Source: Gnetum montanum (lineage: Eukaryota > Plantae > Gnetophyta). Taken from it: a stretch of 64,000 nucleotides of DNA. Position 1 is the first letter of the stretch, and each line of letters begins with the position of its first letter. Position numbers and translations under genes: made by a program. A model generated the notes under the pieces. That model saw only the letters and a program-made list of their open reading frames with translations. It had not been told where the DNA came from and searched no databases. Of this stretch, positions 23,611-37,082 are shown in pieces. The stretch lies in NCBI GenBank assembly GCA_015680685.1, contig MNCI01000175.1, positions 1-64,000 of the forward strand, given 5' to 3'.

Positions 23611-26600
23611 GATAATTGACAGATGGACGAGATTTTATCTGCACCGCTAGTTTTAACAAGCTTACACGGTAAAATCATTAGACAACTTGATCCCACACTA
23701 ATAGAAACTAACCTAGCCCTTAATGACGTAATCATAGCCGCATCGGAAACATCTCCAGACTGGCCAGAGCAATCGATGCGCACGCTAGATCTGGAAGCTG
23801 GAGATGTAACCGAAGATCCACTCAACGAAGTCTCTGTGGTTATGCATAGGGGTGAAACTAAAACTCTCAAGGTTAGTTCTCTATTAGACCAAAGGGTACA
23901 GGATGACATAAAATAGGTCCTCCAAAATAATATCACGGTGTTTGCATGGTCATATGAGGATATGCCGGGACTAGACCCAAGGTTAATTCAACACAACATA
24001 ATCCTAGATCCCCATATCAAAGCCGTCAGATAGAAAGCACGAAAGATCAAGCCAGAATTCGTGCTAGCAGTACGTGATGAAATCACTAAACTGTTCCAGG
24101 CTAGTTTTATTCGCGCGGTTGATTACTCAGATTGGGTATCTAACATTGTAGTGGTTCCTAAAAAGACTGGGGGAATACACATTTGCATAGACTTCCGGGA
24201 CTTGAATAAAGCTACAATCAAAGATAACTTTCCATTGTCGAGTATCGATCAATTGGTGGATACAACCATTGGACATGCACTTTTGTCCTTCATGGATGGC
24301 TTCTTCGGCTACAATCAAATACGCATCAACCTAGAGCACCAGCTAACAATGACATTCATGACGCCCTGGGGAATCTTTTGTTACACCATGATGCCTTTTG
24401 GATTAAAAAACGCTGGAGCGACGTACCAATGAGCCATGACGTACATCTTTAGCGATTACCTCCTAGGGAGACTGAATGATTATTTCGACGATATAGTTAT
24501 TAAGTCTATAAAGTCAGAGGATCATTCAGAGGATCTGGAGTTAGTCCTTAAAAGATGTTCTAACTACAACCTCCAAATCAACCCAAAAAAGTGTGTGTTC
24601 GAAGTCAAAACCGAACACATGCTGGGTTTTGTGGTCTCAGAAACTGGTATATGCATAGATCCCGACAAAGTCAAGGCCATTGTCAAACTGATGCCCCTTA
24701 CAAGTCTTAAGAAATTGCATAGATTACAGGGGAGGTTACAGTTTATCAGGCGGTTTATCTCGAGATTAACCAACAAATTACACCCTATGCAACATTTGCT
24801 TAAAAACTGGGTTAATTTCGAATGGACAGAAGATTGTCAACGTGCGTTTGACAGCTTGAAGCAAGAGCTTCAACGCTTGCCAACAGTTTTCTCGCCGCAA
24901 AGGGATCAGCCATTTTACATCTACCTCGTGACTTCATACGTAGCATTAGTTGCATTACTCTGTCAAAGGAGGGATGATGGGTCAGAAGTACCCATCTACT
25001 ACTTGAGTCATGCTCTATGTGCGCATGAAAAGAGCTACAACGAAGTAGAGCGTAACTGCTTAGCATTAGTATTTACGCTCAAGAAGTGTAGGCATTATCT
25101 TTTCTACAGCCAGGTCAACATCATCTATAAAAATAATATTCTTAGGACCATTACGCATAACTTATACGAAAGTAGCAAAATAGCTCGTTGGAAGGCCATC
25201 ACAACAGAATTCGATCTGCATTACATTGGCCAATCTTCTACAAAAGGCCAAGCGATAGCCAATCAATTAGTAACATCACCTATTGATAGTCAAGCAACCA
25301 TAGAGCCTGAATTTCTGGACGAACACGTACATAGATTAAGCCCTGTCCTGACAGGCGCCGAAGCAACGTTATACTTCGACGGAGCTTCAACTGTTAGAGG
25401 CGGCAGCGCCACTACAGTTATTACATTATCACCTGAGGATGTGCGTCTTCACGCTTATCTCTTGACCTTCCCCTATACAAACAATGTGGCAGAGTACGAG
25501 GGGCTCCTCAGAGGATTACTAACTGCCAGCGAACTTGATGTTCGACACCTGGCAATTAGGGGTGATTCGATGCTCGTCATTAATCAGGTCAGAAGAGTCT
25601 ACGCCTGCAAGGCTGTACACTTATAGCCCTACTACGATATGGCTAAAGATCTTCTGAGGTGGTTCATGACCATCGATGCCCAACACATGCCACGAACTGA
25701 GAACACACTGGCCGACGCACTGGCTACACTGGCTTTGAACGTGCCCTCACACCTGCTCGACACTTGTCCCGCATTAATAATAGATTGCACAGAGCCCATC
25801 ATTTAGGCAGCCCAAATATCTTCTCTGCTCGAGGATAGAACGCCAGAGTGGTACGATAGCATTAAGACTTATCTCTTGCAAGGCGAGCCACCTCATGAAT
25901 TAACACGCACGCAGAAAGATGCAATCCACAAGCGAGCTAGGCAGTACGTCATCATAGGAGATAGTACTCTTTGTAGACGCTCTTTTAATGGTGTGTTGCT
26001 TACTTACGTTAACAAGGGCCAAGCACAACGTATAGTTGGCAAGGTCCACGAGGGACTATGTGGAGGACACGTAGCACCACGGGCTATGGCTTCAAAAATC
26101 CGCAACAGATTTTCCATTTTATCTTAGACAACATTGTAACCAGATTTGGTTTCTCGATGACTATCGTGACTAATAACGGGCCACAATTTAGTAGTACGGA
26201 AACGAAATCCTTCTGTGATAGCCTCGGCATTAAACAATCTTTTTCCTCATCTTATTACCCATAAGCGAATGGTCAAGCTGAAGCCACGAACAAAGTCATC
26301 ATCAATCTGCTCAAGAAAATGCTTGACAACAACAAAAGACGGTGGCATGAAAAAATTCTCTATGTGCTATGGGCATATCGTACTACATGTAGGACGGTTA
26401 CAGACAGCACACCCTATAGCCTAGTCTACGGATCTGAGGCAGTGCTGCCCCTCGAATTGCAAATTCCTTCTCTAAGAATGGTCCTCTCCACGATTATAAA
26501 TGAGGCTCAACACACCAAGTCTCGGATCATGGATTTAGATTTAGTAGAAGAAAAGCGAATACAGACTCTTGATACAATAGAAAAGTATCAAGACAAGCAG

Positions 26601-26822
26601 AGGCAAAAGCATCGTCACAATCTTCAGCAGCGTCCGATCAAGAAAAGAGATTTAGTTCTCAAGGTCGTTCACGAACCAGTGGGCAAATTCTCTGCAAACT
26701 GGGAGAGCCCTTTCTTGGTAACCAATGCGTATGGCAACGGGGCATTCAAGCTAGCAAATATCGACGGCAACGAGTTACCAAATCCTGTCAATCATATATA
26801 TCTGAAGCGGTACTACATATAG
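23611..26822 (+). pseudogene. Tat pol: RT, RNase H, additional archaeal-type RNase H (aRH), integrase with internal deletion
   Basis: ICIDFRDLNKA, FMDGFFGYNQI, MPFGLKNAGATYQ and YFDD (RT). ERNCLALVF (RH). LYFDGAS...TNNVAEYEGL...IRGDSMLVINQV (aRH). HEGLCGGH, NGPQF and VLWAYRTT (INT). One frame from 23611 to ~26100, then a frame switch. Confidence 0.95.
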
Positions 26823-26859
26823 CTGCATCTCTAGTGTGAACATCAGGTATGGCCATAAT

Positions 26860-27343
26860 CGTCCGCTATGACGCTAAACTAGCGACAACCGTTTGCTACG
26901 ACGTAAAACTAGCACTACCTTCACGCGTCCTCTATGACGCTAAAATGGCATTGATCATCCGCCATGATGTAAAACTGGCAAGTTGTAACCATCTGCTACG
27001 ACGTAAAACTAGCAATGTTGTACAGGTCCACCACGACGAAAAACTGGCATCTTTTGCACATGTCCGCCATGACGCTAAACTGGCACTAGCTGTCTGCCAT
27101 GACACAAAACTAGCACAGGTAAGTATTCGTCTACCGAGACGTAAAACCAGCACAGACTTGTCCCTGGGTCATGAAACAAAACTGACACCCACAGCGCGGT
27201 CTGTTGAGACCATAAATCAGCTTCGCCACCATTCGCTATGACGTAAAACTAGCATTTTTCAGTCCGCCCAAACTTTAAACTGGGACCATGGTCTGCTGAG
27301 ACTTAAAATCAACAACGACAGTCTACCAGGACTTAAAACTGGC
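26860..27343 (+). repeat. Array of ~15 copies of a ~23-bp motif (GTCYGCYAYGACGYWAAACTRGC) separated by short variable spacers
   Basis: Copies read directly, e.g. GTCCGCTATGACGCTAAACTAGC, GTTTGCTACGACGTAAAACTAGC, GTCCGCCATGACGCTAAACTGGC. Spacers are ~6-14 nt. Confidence 0.9.
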
Positions 27344-28508
27344 ACTCATAAGCTACCATCATGCAAATCAAGCAAGCGTGATCATCTCTGTGCAGCCGCA
27401 AGACAAACGAAGTGGGATGCTGAGACAGCCCCAGCGTCACTACCTCACTGGCATTCTGTTGATCTCTCGGATGTGCTGAAGGGCATACTACTGACCCCTC
27501 GGAGATACCGTCACCGTACCCATTCCAGCAGTGGTACCTCTAAGAGGTTAGTTTTGCCGCCCAGAGCCCCAAAGGTATTCTCATCAATTACAACTTTTGG
27601 GATCTCTGCTCATCATCACTATCAGGCTCTAGCTTCACAGATTCATTTGGCTGGTTCCTTACATAACCAGTCAGATGCGCTGAGTCTGATGTGCTTTGGC
27701 GGTGATATGCTGGGCCGGGCGTCAAGGGTGAAGACTTAGGCCTCGTGCTATAGTTCCTCCTTCACAGGCCGATCATTTTATCTTGCCTCTAATAGTGCTT
27801 GTTTCAACAACCTCGCCCACGATTCGCAAGGACAATGGTATCCTCTGTTCTCTTCTATGGTTGCAGGTTACTTGTTATGAGAACATCGTTCGAAGGTGCG
27901 TTCATCTAAGTGGTGTAATGTCGACAGCATTTTGAGATGGCTACCTGAGTTGGCCTGTCCACTCGGGGAGTGCATCCTTGTGTTCCTCGTAATCCTACCC
28001 CTAGTCCTTATCACTATCCTTAACTATCCCATTTGCTTCCCTTACACAAAACGTGAAACACTCTCCGCATTTGCATTACACTCAAGTCCATGAACCGGTG
28101 TAACGCAACTCGCCTAGTGGACGCACAAAAAAAAAGAGGGGTCGGAAAAATGGGTGAAACACATCTCACTCAGGCCGTGCAGATGCCACACAGTTCATCT
28201 ACGCAAGCCCCTTCATCCACAAAACGACGGCATAACTCCATGCAAACGCAATCGCAAGAGAATGCCTGAGTGCTTATGCGTGAAGATGCTATCCCCACCA
28301 CATTTGGGTCTTCCTCGAACCATGTTTGCATCTTCCCTGAACCTATTTCCTCCCGTACCATTCTATCCTCGGATTTCCTTATCCCTGCACCTCTATGTTG
28401 ATAGGATTATACTTGAGTATCTGTTGATAAACGCTATTGGTACTTTCATCAGTCTGGTGTTTTGTATTCTTTGTCGACGTCTTTTAGGCATGCCCTCTAA
28501 CCGTCAAC

Positions 28509-28517
28509 AAAGAGGGG
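28509..28517 (+). promoter_or_regulatory. Polypurine tract of the Tat element
   Basis: AAAGAGGGG just before the 3' LTR. The same motif occurs in reverse at ~61730-61740. Confidence 0.85.
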
Positions 28518-28521
28518 CCAT

Positions 28522-30116
28522 TGAAACACCACAGAAATCATGAATCGGCCTAAGGCGAAGATTCACGATTTGGGCGAAAGTTCATGGCAAAATTCCAGAA
28601 CGTAGAATGAGGCAAAGCGAGGTGAAACGGCGCCCAGCATCAAGTCTCCAAGTTCCTTACAGATTCCAAATTTTACTATGTTTTCTGTCTTTATGCTACA
28701 TTATGCAACATAACGTAATGACGCTTAGTGTAAAATGGCTTAATATAGTCTGACATCATAAGGTAACTTACTTTAGCAGATTTGGTGAAGCTTAAGGCCT
28801 AAGCAGTGTAATATGCGACTTCTCACATATTCTGCTAAGTCTTTTTGTCTAGAGTCGAACTTACGCTCTATTACGCAAGGCAACATAATGAGCTTCAAAA
28901 AGGTCAAAGGGAAAGTCCAAAGGAAGCGCGATAGATTAAGCTCCTTGCTTTTGCAGATTGATCACTTTACGCTAGTTACGCTACGCCGCGTACGACAAGC
29001 ATAATTTACCGACGAGTTGATCCACTTTTACGCTTCACTACGCTTTACTGCGTAAATGAGCGTAAAATAGCTTGACTCACTCTTTCCATGCTTTGTTACG
29101 CTCCGTCACGCAACGCAATGTAAACAAATGTAATACAATGTAAAGCTGGCTAGAGCGGTTACACATTTGCTATCCATACGCGCCATACGCTGATGAGCGT
29201 ATTGTGCGCAATCATGAAGCAGCTGATAGCGTATGTTGCAATTTGACGCGACATAGCCAGTTCGTCAAGTCAGCGGTATCTGGAAAGTTAGGGACATGTG
29301 TCATCAAGGCCATGCCTTTTCTGTATGTTGTCAAACTTATAAATACCCTGGTTGGAAAAGAGGAAAGAAGGGACTTTTGGACTTTTTCAGAGTAGAGCGG
29401 TAGTTAGCATCTTCAATTCTTGGTAGTTATCATCTCTGAGCAGAAATAATAGACATTTTTCGAGCATTGGCAGCAGGAGCGATCATACCTTTTGGCGAAA
29501 ATACAGTTCTCCCACCGGCGATCCTTGGCAGTTTTGAGTAGAGGCTACCCAAAGCGAAAAAGATATATCAGAGATCGAGAGATTATCTGGTGAGGTTGGT
29601 AAGATCTATTGATCAGACACAGTTGGTTGATAGGCATCAAAGCTTGACCTTCCTTGCACTCCATCTTTGGCTTACAAGGTAGATTAAGCTCTATTCTGCA
29701 CTCCTTGTTAGACAATTTTTCTTATTATTTTGTGTATATTTCACACAAGATAATTGGAGTCTTCCCATTGTAACTTTTTGTACAAAATACTTAATTTTTC
29801 GGGTCAAGGTATAGATCTTGAAATCACGCATTTCGCTTAAATCCGATTCCCTTTTGTCGTGTTAACGTTGTCATTGTTGCAATTTATCTACATCGTTTTC
29901 CTCTCCTTTCGCAATTTATCGAATCAAATCGTTCCACGAAACACTTATAATCTTATTCGATTTACTGATTTAGTGAGTTCCTATATGATCAACAAGACCG
30001 TTTAGGGCACTGCGGATTCATTTTTCTCCAGCACAGCCCTCGCACGGATCCATGGTTAAGACTATGTACATGGATTTTGTTTGGTATTCCAGCTACCAAC
30101 ATTTTCCATCGTTACA
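28522..30116 (+). mobile_element. Tat 3' LTR
   Basis: TGAAAC...CGTTACA. Direct repeat of 12932-14529, differing mostly by transitions plus two short indels. Confidence 0.95.
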
Positions 30117-32039
30117 GTGATGAGGGTTGAGCTTACCCTCTCCAATACTATCAAAATCTATGATAATCAACATTGAGATATCCTTCAATAAAATAATTTT
30201 TGATAATCACCTAATATCATGTGATGTGATACAAATTGATAGTAGAGTGATAAATTTATTCACTTAATAATATACAAAATTTTATTCCTTTTTTCACTTC
30301 TCATGATTGATTCTTATTAGTTGGATAGGATTCCACATATAACTCTATTAGGAAGACCCTTCCTAGCATTAATTAGGCTAGAAATCACCTCATAAATTTT
30401 TCTTCATTTGGTGCAAGAGTGTCTTACAAACTCAAGCTCTTGAACTTTCCTAAGTTTTAAAGATCCAAGATGCATTTCATGCATCAAACTCATTCCCTAA
30501 ATTACTCTTAGATTAGCTTCCATGTTGGTTATACTCTACTATTCTATCCATTTGAAGCTGATTATCCCACCCTCCCCCTATAATTAAACTAGGATATGTT
30601 CCATACCTAAGTTAATTAGTTAAATAATTATTAAATAAATGGAAATTACGCTCACCAACAGGATATACCAAAAAGCAAAAATGCTTTGGATTTTATATAT
30701 CCTTCACTATGTATCAAATACTAGTAATTTAGGCGTTACAAATGTTAATATCCATAATGTTATGCCATAGTAGGGATCTCAACCATTAACACCTATGAAG
30801 GGCATAATCGGAAACACATGTAAGACCCTAGAGCAAGAAGGACCAATAGACATAATAGATGATATATCAATAGAAAGTATCAAGGATATAGCCAAAAATA
30901 TAGAAGTAAAATAGGAATAAATAATACTCTTTAAAGTATGAAGTAACATGAAGCAAAGGACAAAGGAAGCCAAGTAAGGTAAATGGTCAAAAATGAAAGG
31001 GAGTAAAATACCTCTTGAGGTTAATCAATCTGCCATGTACAATGTCATATCATAGCTAAAATTTGATAACATAGAGAATAAGTATGAGACATTGCTGCTC
31101 CATAGATAGACATTCTACCTATGGAAGGAGGTTCTTGAGGGATGCTAAAAATTATGAGCCTTTTACATTGCTCCAACTATAAGATTTTTGTGGGAGTGTG
31201 GCCCTACTCATGATTGAAGGTTCTTGTGGGACCCTATGTTCATATTGGTAATTTGTTTTTCTTAATGGGATTTTCTTCCATTTAATTTCTTTTTATTTTA
31301 TTGGAAGTAAATAATAAGGCCTTCTTCAATCATGAGGTTCTTGTGGAAGCCAAAGGAATTTTTGAATTTGTTTAATGGATTACTTACATGGACACTGATT
31401 AAGTTTCATATGCTTGTATCACCTTTATTTCTAGTCTCAATATGACACACNGAGGATGGCCAGGGCAAGGAGGGGGACGGGGGAAGTTGTTTTTGAATAT
31501 ATTTAATGGGTTTCTTACTTGGATGCTGATTAAGTTTCTCATGCTAGTGTCATATTTATTGTTAGTCCCAATATGACACAACCTTTTCTCCTTATTGACT
31601 TATCCAAGAAAGTAATTACTAGAACCATTCATTAATGCTTAAGAACCAAACCTGGTTATTGTTCCTATGATTCATGAAACTTAACAAGCTTAAAGAATAT
31701 TATAAAGAAGAAAAAAAAAGAGTTAGTTTACATAGTTTATTGGCTTATTTGTGTAAGGCTCACCCTTGTATGGATTTTTTATCTAAACTAACCTATCTTA
31801 AGGTAGGAGGAGTTGTCCTTCTCCCTTGCATTCTAAACATGATGCTAATGAATTCTTTAAATTCCAAACTAATAATAGAATTTCCCATTGTCCTCTACAT
31901 TTTTCAAAGAAAAATTTTTAGATTAAAATATTTCATTTATTATATTAAAGTATCACATAAGAATTTTGTTTAAGGTTACTACCCATGGCCTAGACTTATA
32001 ACTGAGTCTTTTCATTTCCTCCATTGTCCTTGGGATAAT

Positions 32040-35000
32040 TTGGTTTACCTAGCTCTACTAATTTATCCTCACCTAGTTCCTCAATTTGATGTTGATGGTA
32101 TAGCTTAATTATTTAGCCATTGACCAAGAATGTAGTTGATAAATCATCAATTGGTGAAATTAAAACACTTCTATTATTATGGGTTTGTACCACTAGATAA
32201 GGGCCTTCCCACTGAGTTGTTAACTTTCCTAGAAATTTATGTGTTATACAAAAGGACTTTATCACCTATTTAAAAATGTTTCTTAAAAATATTCTTATCA
32301 TAAAAACTCTTTATTTCTCTCTTTATAATCTTTTGCTTGTCAAGTGCATGTAGCTACATCTCATCAAGTTCATGTATTTAAATCATTCTAAAGCCATGAC
32401 ATATTTCTTCATCAAAATTTAATTGTTATGCTAATCTTAAAGATTGGTATTTGATTTCTATGAGGAATAATAATTGTTTCCCATAAATCAATTAATAAGG
32501 TGAATAGCCTAAACTTGGTTTATATCTAATCCTATAGGCTCAAAGTGCATCTTGTAATTTTTTAGACTAATCTTTCTTCTTAGCACATATGATTTTTATT
32601 AATATCTTTAAAATGATTCTATTTGCATTTTCTACTTGACCATTTGTTTGAGGATGATAGGCAATAGCTATCTTATGTTGAATTCCACAAGAATTAAGGA
32701 ATGTTTCCATTATTCTATTTACAAAATGGGTTCCTTGATCACTTATGGTTGCTCATGGAGTTCTAAGCTATATTAGAATATTTTCCCTAAGAAAAGCTAC
32801 CACTAATTTAACATCATTTGTTGGGGTGGCTTTAGCTTCTACCAACCTAGTAACTTAGTCTATACAAAGTAGAATGTATTAACATTCATTAGATGGTGGA
32901 AATGGTTCTAAAAATTTTATACATGACACATCAAATGGTTTTTATATTAAGATTGGATTTAGTCGCATTTCTTACCATTTTGTTATTTCCCTTATTCATT
33001 GGCATTTATTACATTCTTGAACATATTTATGTGTACCTTTAAATTTTGAAGGTCAATAAAATCCACTTTTTAAGGTTTTTATCACAATTCATCTACTATC
33101 AAAATCTCCACCTCCAATGTCATCATGACACATATGTAAGATTTCTTATTGCTCATCCTTAGCCACACATCATCTTGCTACATTGTCTTTACATATTTTA
33201 TAAAGTTATGATTTATTCTAAATGTATTTGGAGATATCTCTTAAGAAAGATTTCTTGTTTTCTTTACTCCATTGGGTTGGGGTTTTCATAGTTGAAGATG
33301 TTTCTTAAGAAAGATTTCTTCTTTTCTTTACTCCATTGGGCTAGGGTATTCACAATAGCAAGGTAATTTTCTATATCAGCAAATGAAGGATCTTTCTTTA
33401 TGGAAAAGAGTTGTTCATCAAGGGAGTCATTATTAAATACTCCTTTCATCCTATTTTCTTCCTTTTTATTCCAATATATAAAGGTTGTCTACCATAACAT
33501 TTTCTCTACTTCTTTTATCTAAACTATCAAGATCAAAATCTTGGAGTAATAGGAACCATCTCATGATCCTAGCATTTTCTATGTTTTTAGCATCTAAACA
33601 ATTAATGGATAAATGATCATTATAAAATCTAGTTTCATATCCTATTAAGTAATGTCTAAATTTATCTAAAGCATACATAATGGCCAAGAGTTCTTTTCTT
33701 GTAGTTGTGTAATTTACTTGGGCTTGGTCTAGACTTTTAGAGACCTAATAAATGACCCATGGTTTATTCTCTATGTATTGTCCCCAAGACTTTCCCTACA
33801 ATGGTGTCATTAGCATCACACATCAAATTAAATCAAAAATCCCAATTAGGTGCATTTTGTATAGGGATGGTGATTACTCTTTTCTTTAGTTCCAAGAATG
33901 CTTCTTGATCATCATCAGTCCATGTAAAATGAACATCTGTTTCTAAGAGCATGTATAGTGGCTTAGCTATTTTTTGAGAAATCTTTAATAAATCACCTAT
34001 AATATCCAACATGTCCTAGAAAGAATCAAAGGGTCTTTCAGTTAATTGGAGCTAGGAGTGTAGATATTACTTTTACTTTATCCTCATCCATTCTTATCCC
34101 ATCTTTAGAAATTACATGTCCTAATACTATACCACTTGTGATCATTAAATGACTCTTTTCCCAACTTAATTTTAAATTTTTATCATTACATCTATCTAAT
34201 TCTAAGTGTTGTAATGTTTGTTCACAAGTATCCCTATAGACTAAAAAATCATCCATGAATATTACTTCATATTCCTATAACATATTAGAGAATACTAATA
34301 TCATAGCCCTTTGGAAGATAATAGGTGCATTACAAAGGTCAAAAGGCATTTGACGATAAACAAAAGTTTCATATAGACATGTAAAAGTTTTTTTATGCTA
34401 ATCATCATGTGCAATGGCTACTTGATTATAACCACTAAACTCATCCAAAAATTAATAGTACTCATGCCCTTCTAATTTCTCCAAAATTTTGTCTATGTAA
34501 GGTAAGGGAAATTGATCTTTCTTTGTGTTTTGATTAAGCTTCCTATAATATACACAAACTCACCATTTTCCATCCTTTTTAGGAACTATAGTGATAGGGC
34601 TTACACATCCATTATTAGCTATTGGATAAATAATTCCTTCATTTCAAAGCTTTGAGATTTTATCTTTAAAAATTTTTTTATGGCTAGATTAATTCATCTA
34701 GAGGGAATTCTTACTGGTTTCACATTATCTTCTAGATAGATGTGATGTTGGCATATGTTGGGTAAGATTCCTTGATGGAGGTCCTCATAACTCCATGCAA
34801 ATGCCTTAGACTTCCTTTGTAAAAATTCTAATAATTTTTCTTCTTGCTCATTAGAAAGTTGGGTATTTATTGTTAAAGGTTTATTTTGATCAAGGAAAAT
34901 GAACTTAAGTGTACTAGGTAGTTCTCCAAGATCAAAAGAATCATTATTTGGTGGCTGACTTATTTCTTCGATATTTCCTATTTCCAACTTCACCATTTGA

Positions 35001-36730
35001 TCAAGAAGATATTTTTGTTCTTTTATAGAGAAATCTAAAGGTCCTTACTCAAATTTTTTTAATACTAGTGTTTCCCAATCGTATGCCATTGTTGATGTGG
35101 GCATTATGTAGAGCATTCTTACTTCTTTTATATCTTGATTCAATTGGTTCTCTTGTGCTCTATAATATATATTAAGGATGAAATTAAGATTAGAAAAAGA
35201 TAATTTGAGTTGCCCTAATCTACAATTTATTACCACATCAACTATTTCTTATGATGGGGAAACAATATAGATCTTTTACTTCCAACAAAAAAAAAATCAA
35301 CTAGGTATTTTCCTTTTTCAACCTCCAGTATTAAACCTTTCACTACTCCTATGGGTTTTACATTGAAGCCATTGGCCAAAGATATTGTCATAATTACCTT
35401 CCTTATTTCCTCTAAATCAAGTGACCTAACCATTTCAAGTGGCATAATATTGATGCCAGCTCCTCAATCCAATATGGCATTCTCAATATTCTATCCATTT
35501 ATCTTAATTGGAATTGTGGGAAGCCTTGTATCTTGGTATTTTGGAACTTCTTGGCTTTTAAAAGTTGAGACAAATTATCAACCAAATAAAATTGCCTAGG
35601 AATCTTTTATTTTCTCTTTTTTGTACATAATTCTCTTAAGTATTTAGCATAGAGAGATGTATTTTTTATCGTTTGTTCTAAAGGAATATGCAAATATAAA
35701 TTATTAATCATTTTTTCTATATGGGCTTTGGTTGTAAATTCTTCTTTCAATCTTTTAGTGAAAGGAGGTTAAACTATTTACTTAGGTAAAGATGAAGAGG
35801 TTAATGGTTGTTTCTTTTTCTTATTGGTTGATTGCTTTCCTTCTTATTTATTACATGTGGTTGATCCTTTTCTTATGTCTCAACTTCTTGAAAGCTAACC
35901 TTTTTTTGGAGTCTAGGCCCAATAGTATTTCTACTCCTAGGGATGATGGAATGAAACTATTCCTTACCCTTCCTTTAGGATGTAGGATTTTGCTCAAATT
36001 GATAAGGTAATTTGTTCTTTGTAAGATCTAGGAATCATCTCCTTGTTTCATTTAAGAATTACCTACCTTCTTCAATGAATGAAGTAAGAATTTGAGTTAT
36101 TTTATCCAAGTGTTCACTAGTTACACTCTTCAATGCTCTATAATATTTTTCATGATATTGCTATTGAAAAGGTGGTCTTTATTGGAAGATGATTGTTGTT
36201 TGGCTTCTATATTGTTGAAAAGCCTTCACTGATAATTGTACTTCCTCATGATAATATGCTAAGTCTGGACAAGTGATGCAATGATGTTATTGGCTACCAC
36301 AAAGATGACATACTTCACTTTGCACCACATAAGCCTATTTCTTTATTAAACGTGTCAACTCATCCACTTTTTTATTTAATTTTTTAGTTTGTTGAGTCAT
36401 GCCCTACATGATGTTAGGTTTTGGCCATCTCTTATTTTGATCAACTAATGAATCTATTATCATCCAACAACCCTTTGATGTTATGTTCAATATATTTCTA
36501 CCACATGCAAAGTCAAAATTAAGCCCACAATATGGTACTATGCCTTCTACAAAGATTTGGATAAGTTGATAAGCTAGTAATCAATGGTTAGGATTTTTTA
36601 ACCAAAATCCTTTGAACCTATCAAAATTACTCTCATATTCCTCATCGTCTTGTTATATAAAACTCATTAGTTTCTTTCTTAATGAGTAGAACCTATCATT
36701 GGAAAGAAATCTTTGGAAAGAACCTTTCAT
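32040..36730 (-). pseudogene. Decayed Athila-like gag (5' deleted), PR, RT, RH, INT
   Basis: ISLANGFNVKPIGVV (PR region), MDDFLVY and GIVLGHVISKDG (RT), YALDKFRHYLIG...RWFLLLQDFD (RH), integrase AYHPQTNGQVE at ~32630-32665. Many stops. Confidence 0.9.
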
Positions 36731-37064
36731 TTAACAATTGAACTTCTCTTTAGCACATTTATGGGCAACCAATCCTAAGAGCTTAAAAATTGATTTAGTT
36801 ACCCCTAAAATTACTACATTAATCACAACTTTTTTTACATTTTCTTCAATTTGGGAAATTAGGGGGGATTATTCTTGGGATTGTACTTTTTCCTTGTTTT
36901 TAATTTTTTTCATACAAGAAAACCAATTAAAAGAAACCATTTCTAAAACTACTTAACAAAAGAAAATGGAAATGAAAATAATGCATACCTTTTTAGAAGT
37001 TATAAATCTATAAAATAAATCTAAAAACATATATAACCCTTAATGATGAGTAACTCTATTGACA

Positions 37065-37082
37065 TCCCTGGCAATGACACCA
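37065..37082 (-). promoter_or_regulatory. Primer-binding site, tRNA-Asp type (Athila)
   Basis: Reverse complement TGGTGTCATTGCCAGGGA versus the Athila consensus TGGCGCCGTTGCCGGGGA; differences are all transitions. Confidence 0.8.

Larger units (their letters stand above)
12932..30116 (+). mobile_element. Full-length Ty3/gypsy Tat-clade (Ogre/Retand-like) LTR retrotransposon, 17.2 kb
   Basis: Paired ~1.6-kb LTRs, TSD GTGAT (12927-12931 and 30117-30121), PBS, PPT, and domain order gag-PR // RT-RH-aRH-INT. The paralogous empty site is visible at ~38500 (CATGGTGATGAGGG). Confidence 0.97.

Noticed and set aside
25360-25740. Second RNase H as a novelty
   Set aside because: The additional archaeal-type RNase H is the known hallmark of the Tat clade.
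26849-27241. 130-aa ORF with repeated HDAKLA
   Set aside because: Translation of the 23-bp motif array; the frame drifts between copies.
26860-27343. CRISPR-like repeat-spacer appearance
   Set aside because: Repeats are degenerate, spacers are only 6-14 nt, there are no cas genes, and the context is a plant retrotransposon 3' region.
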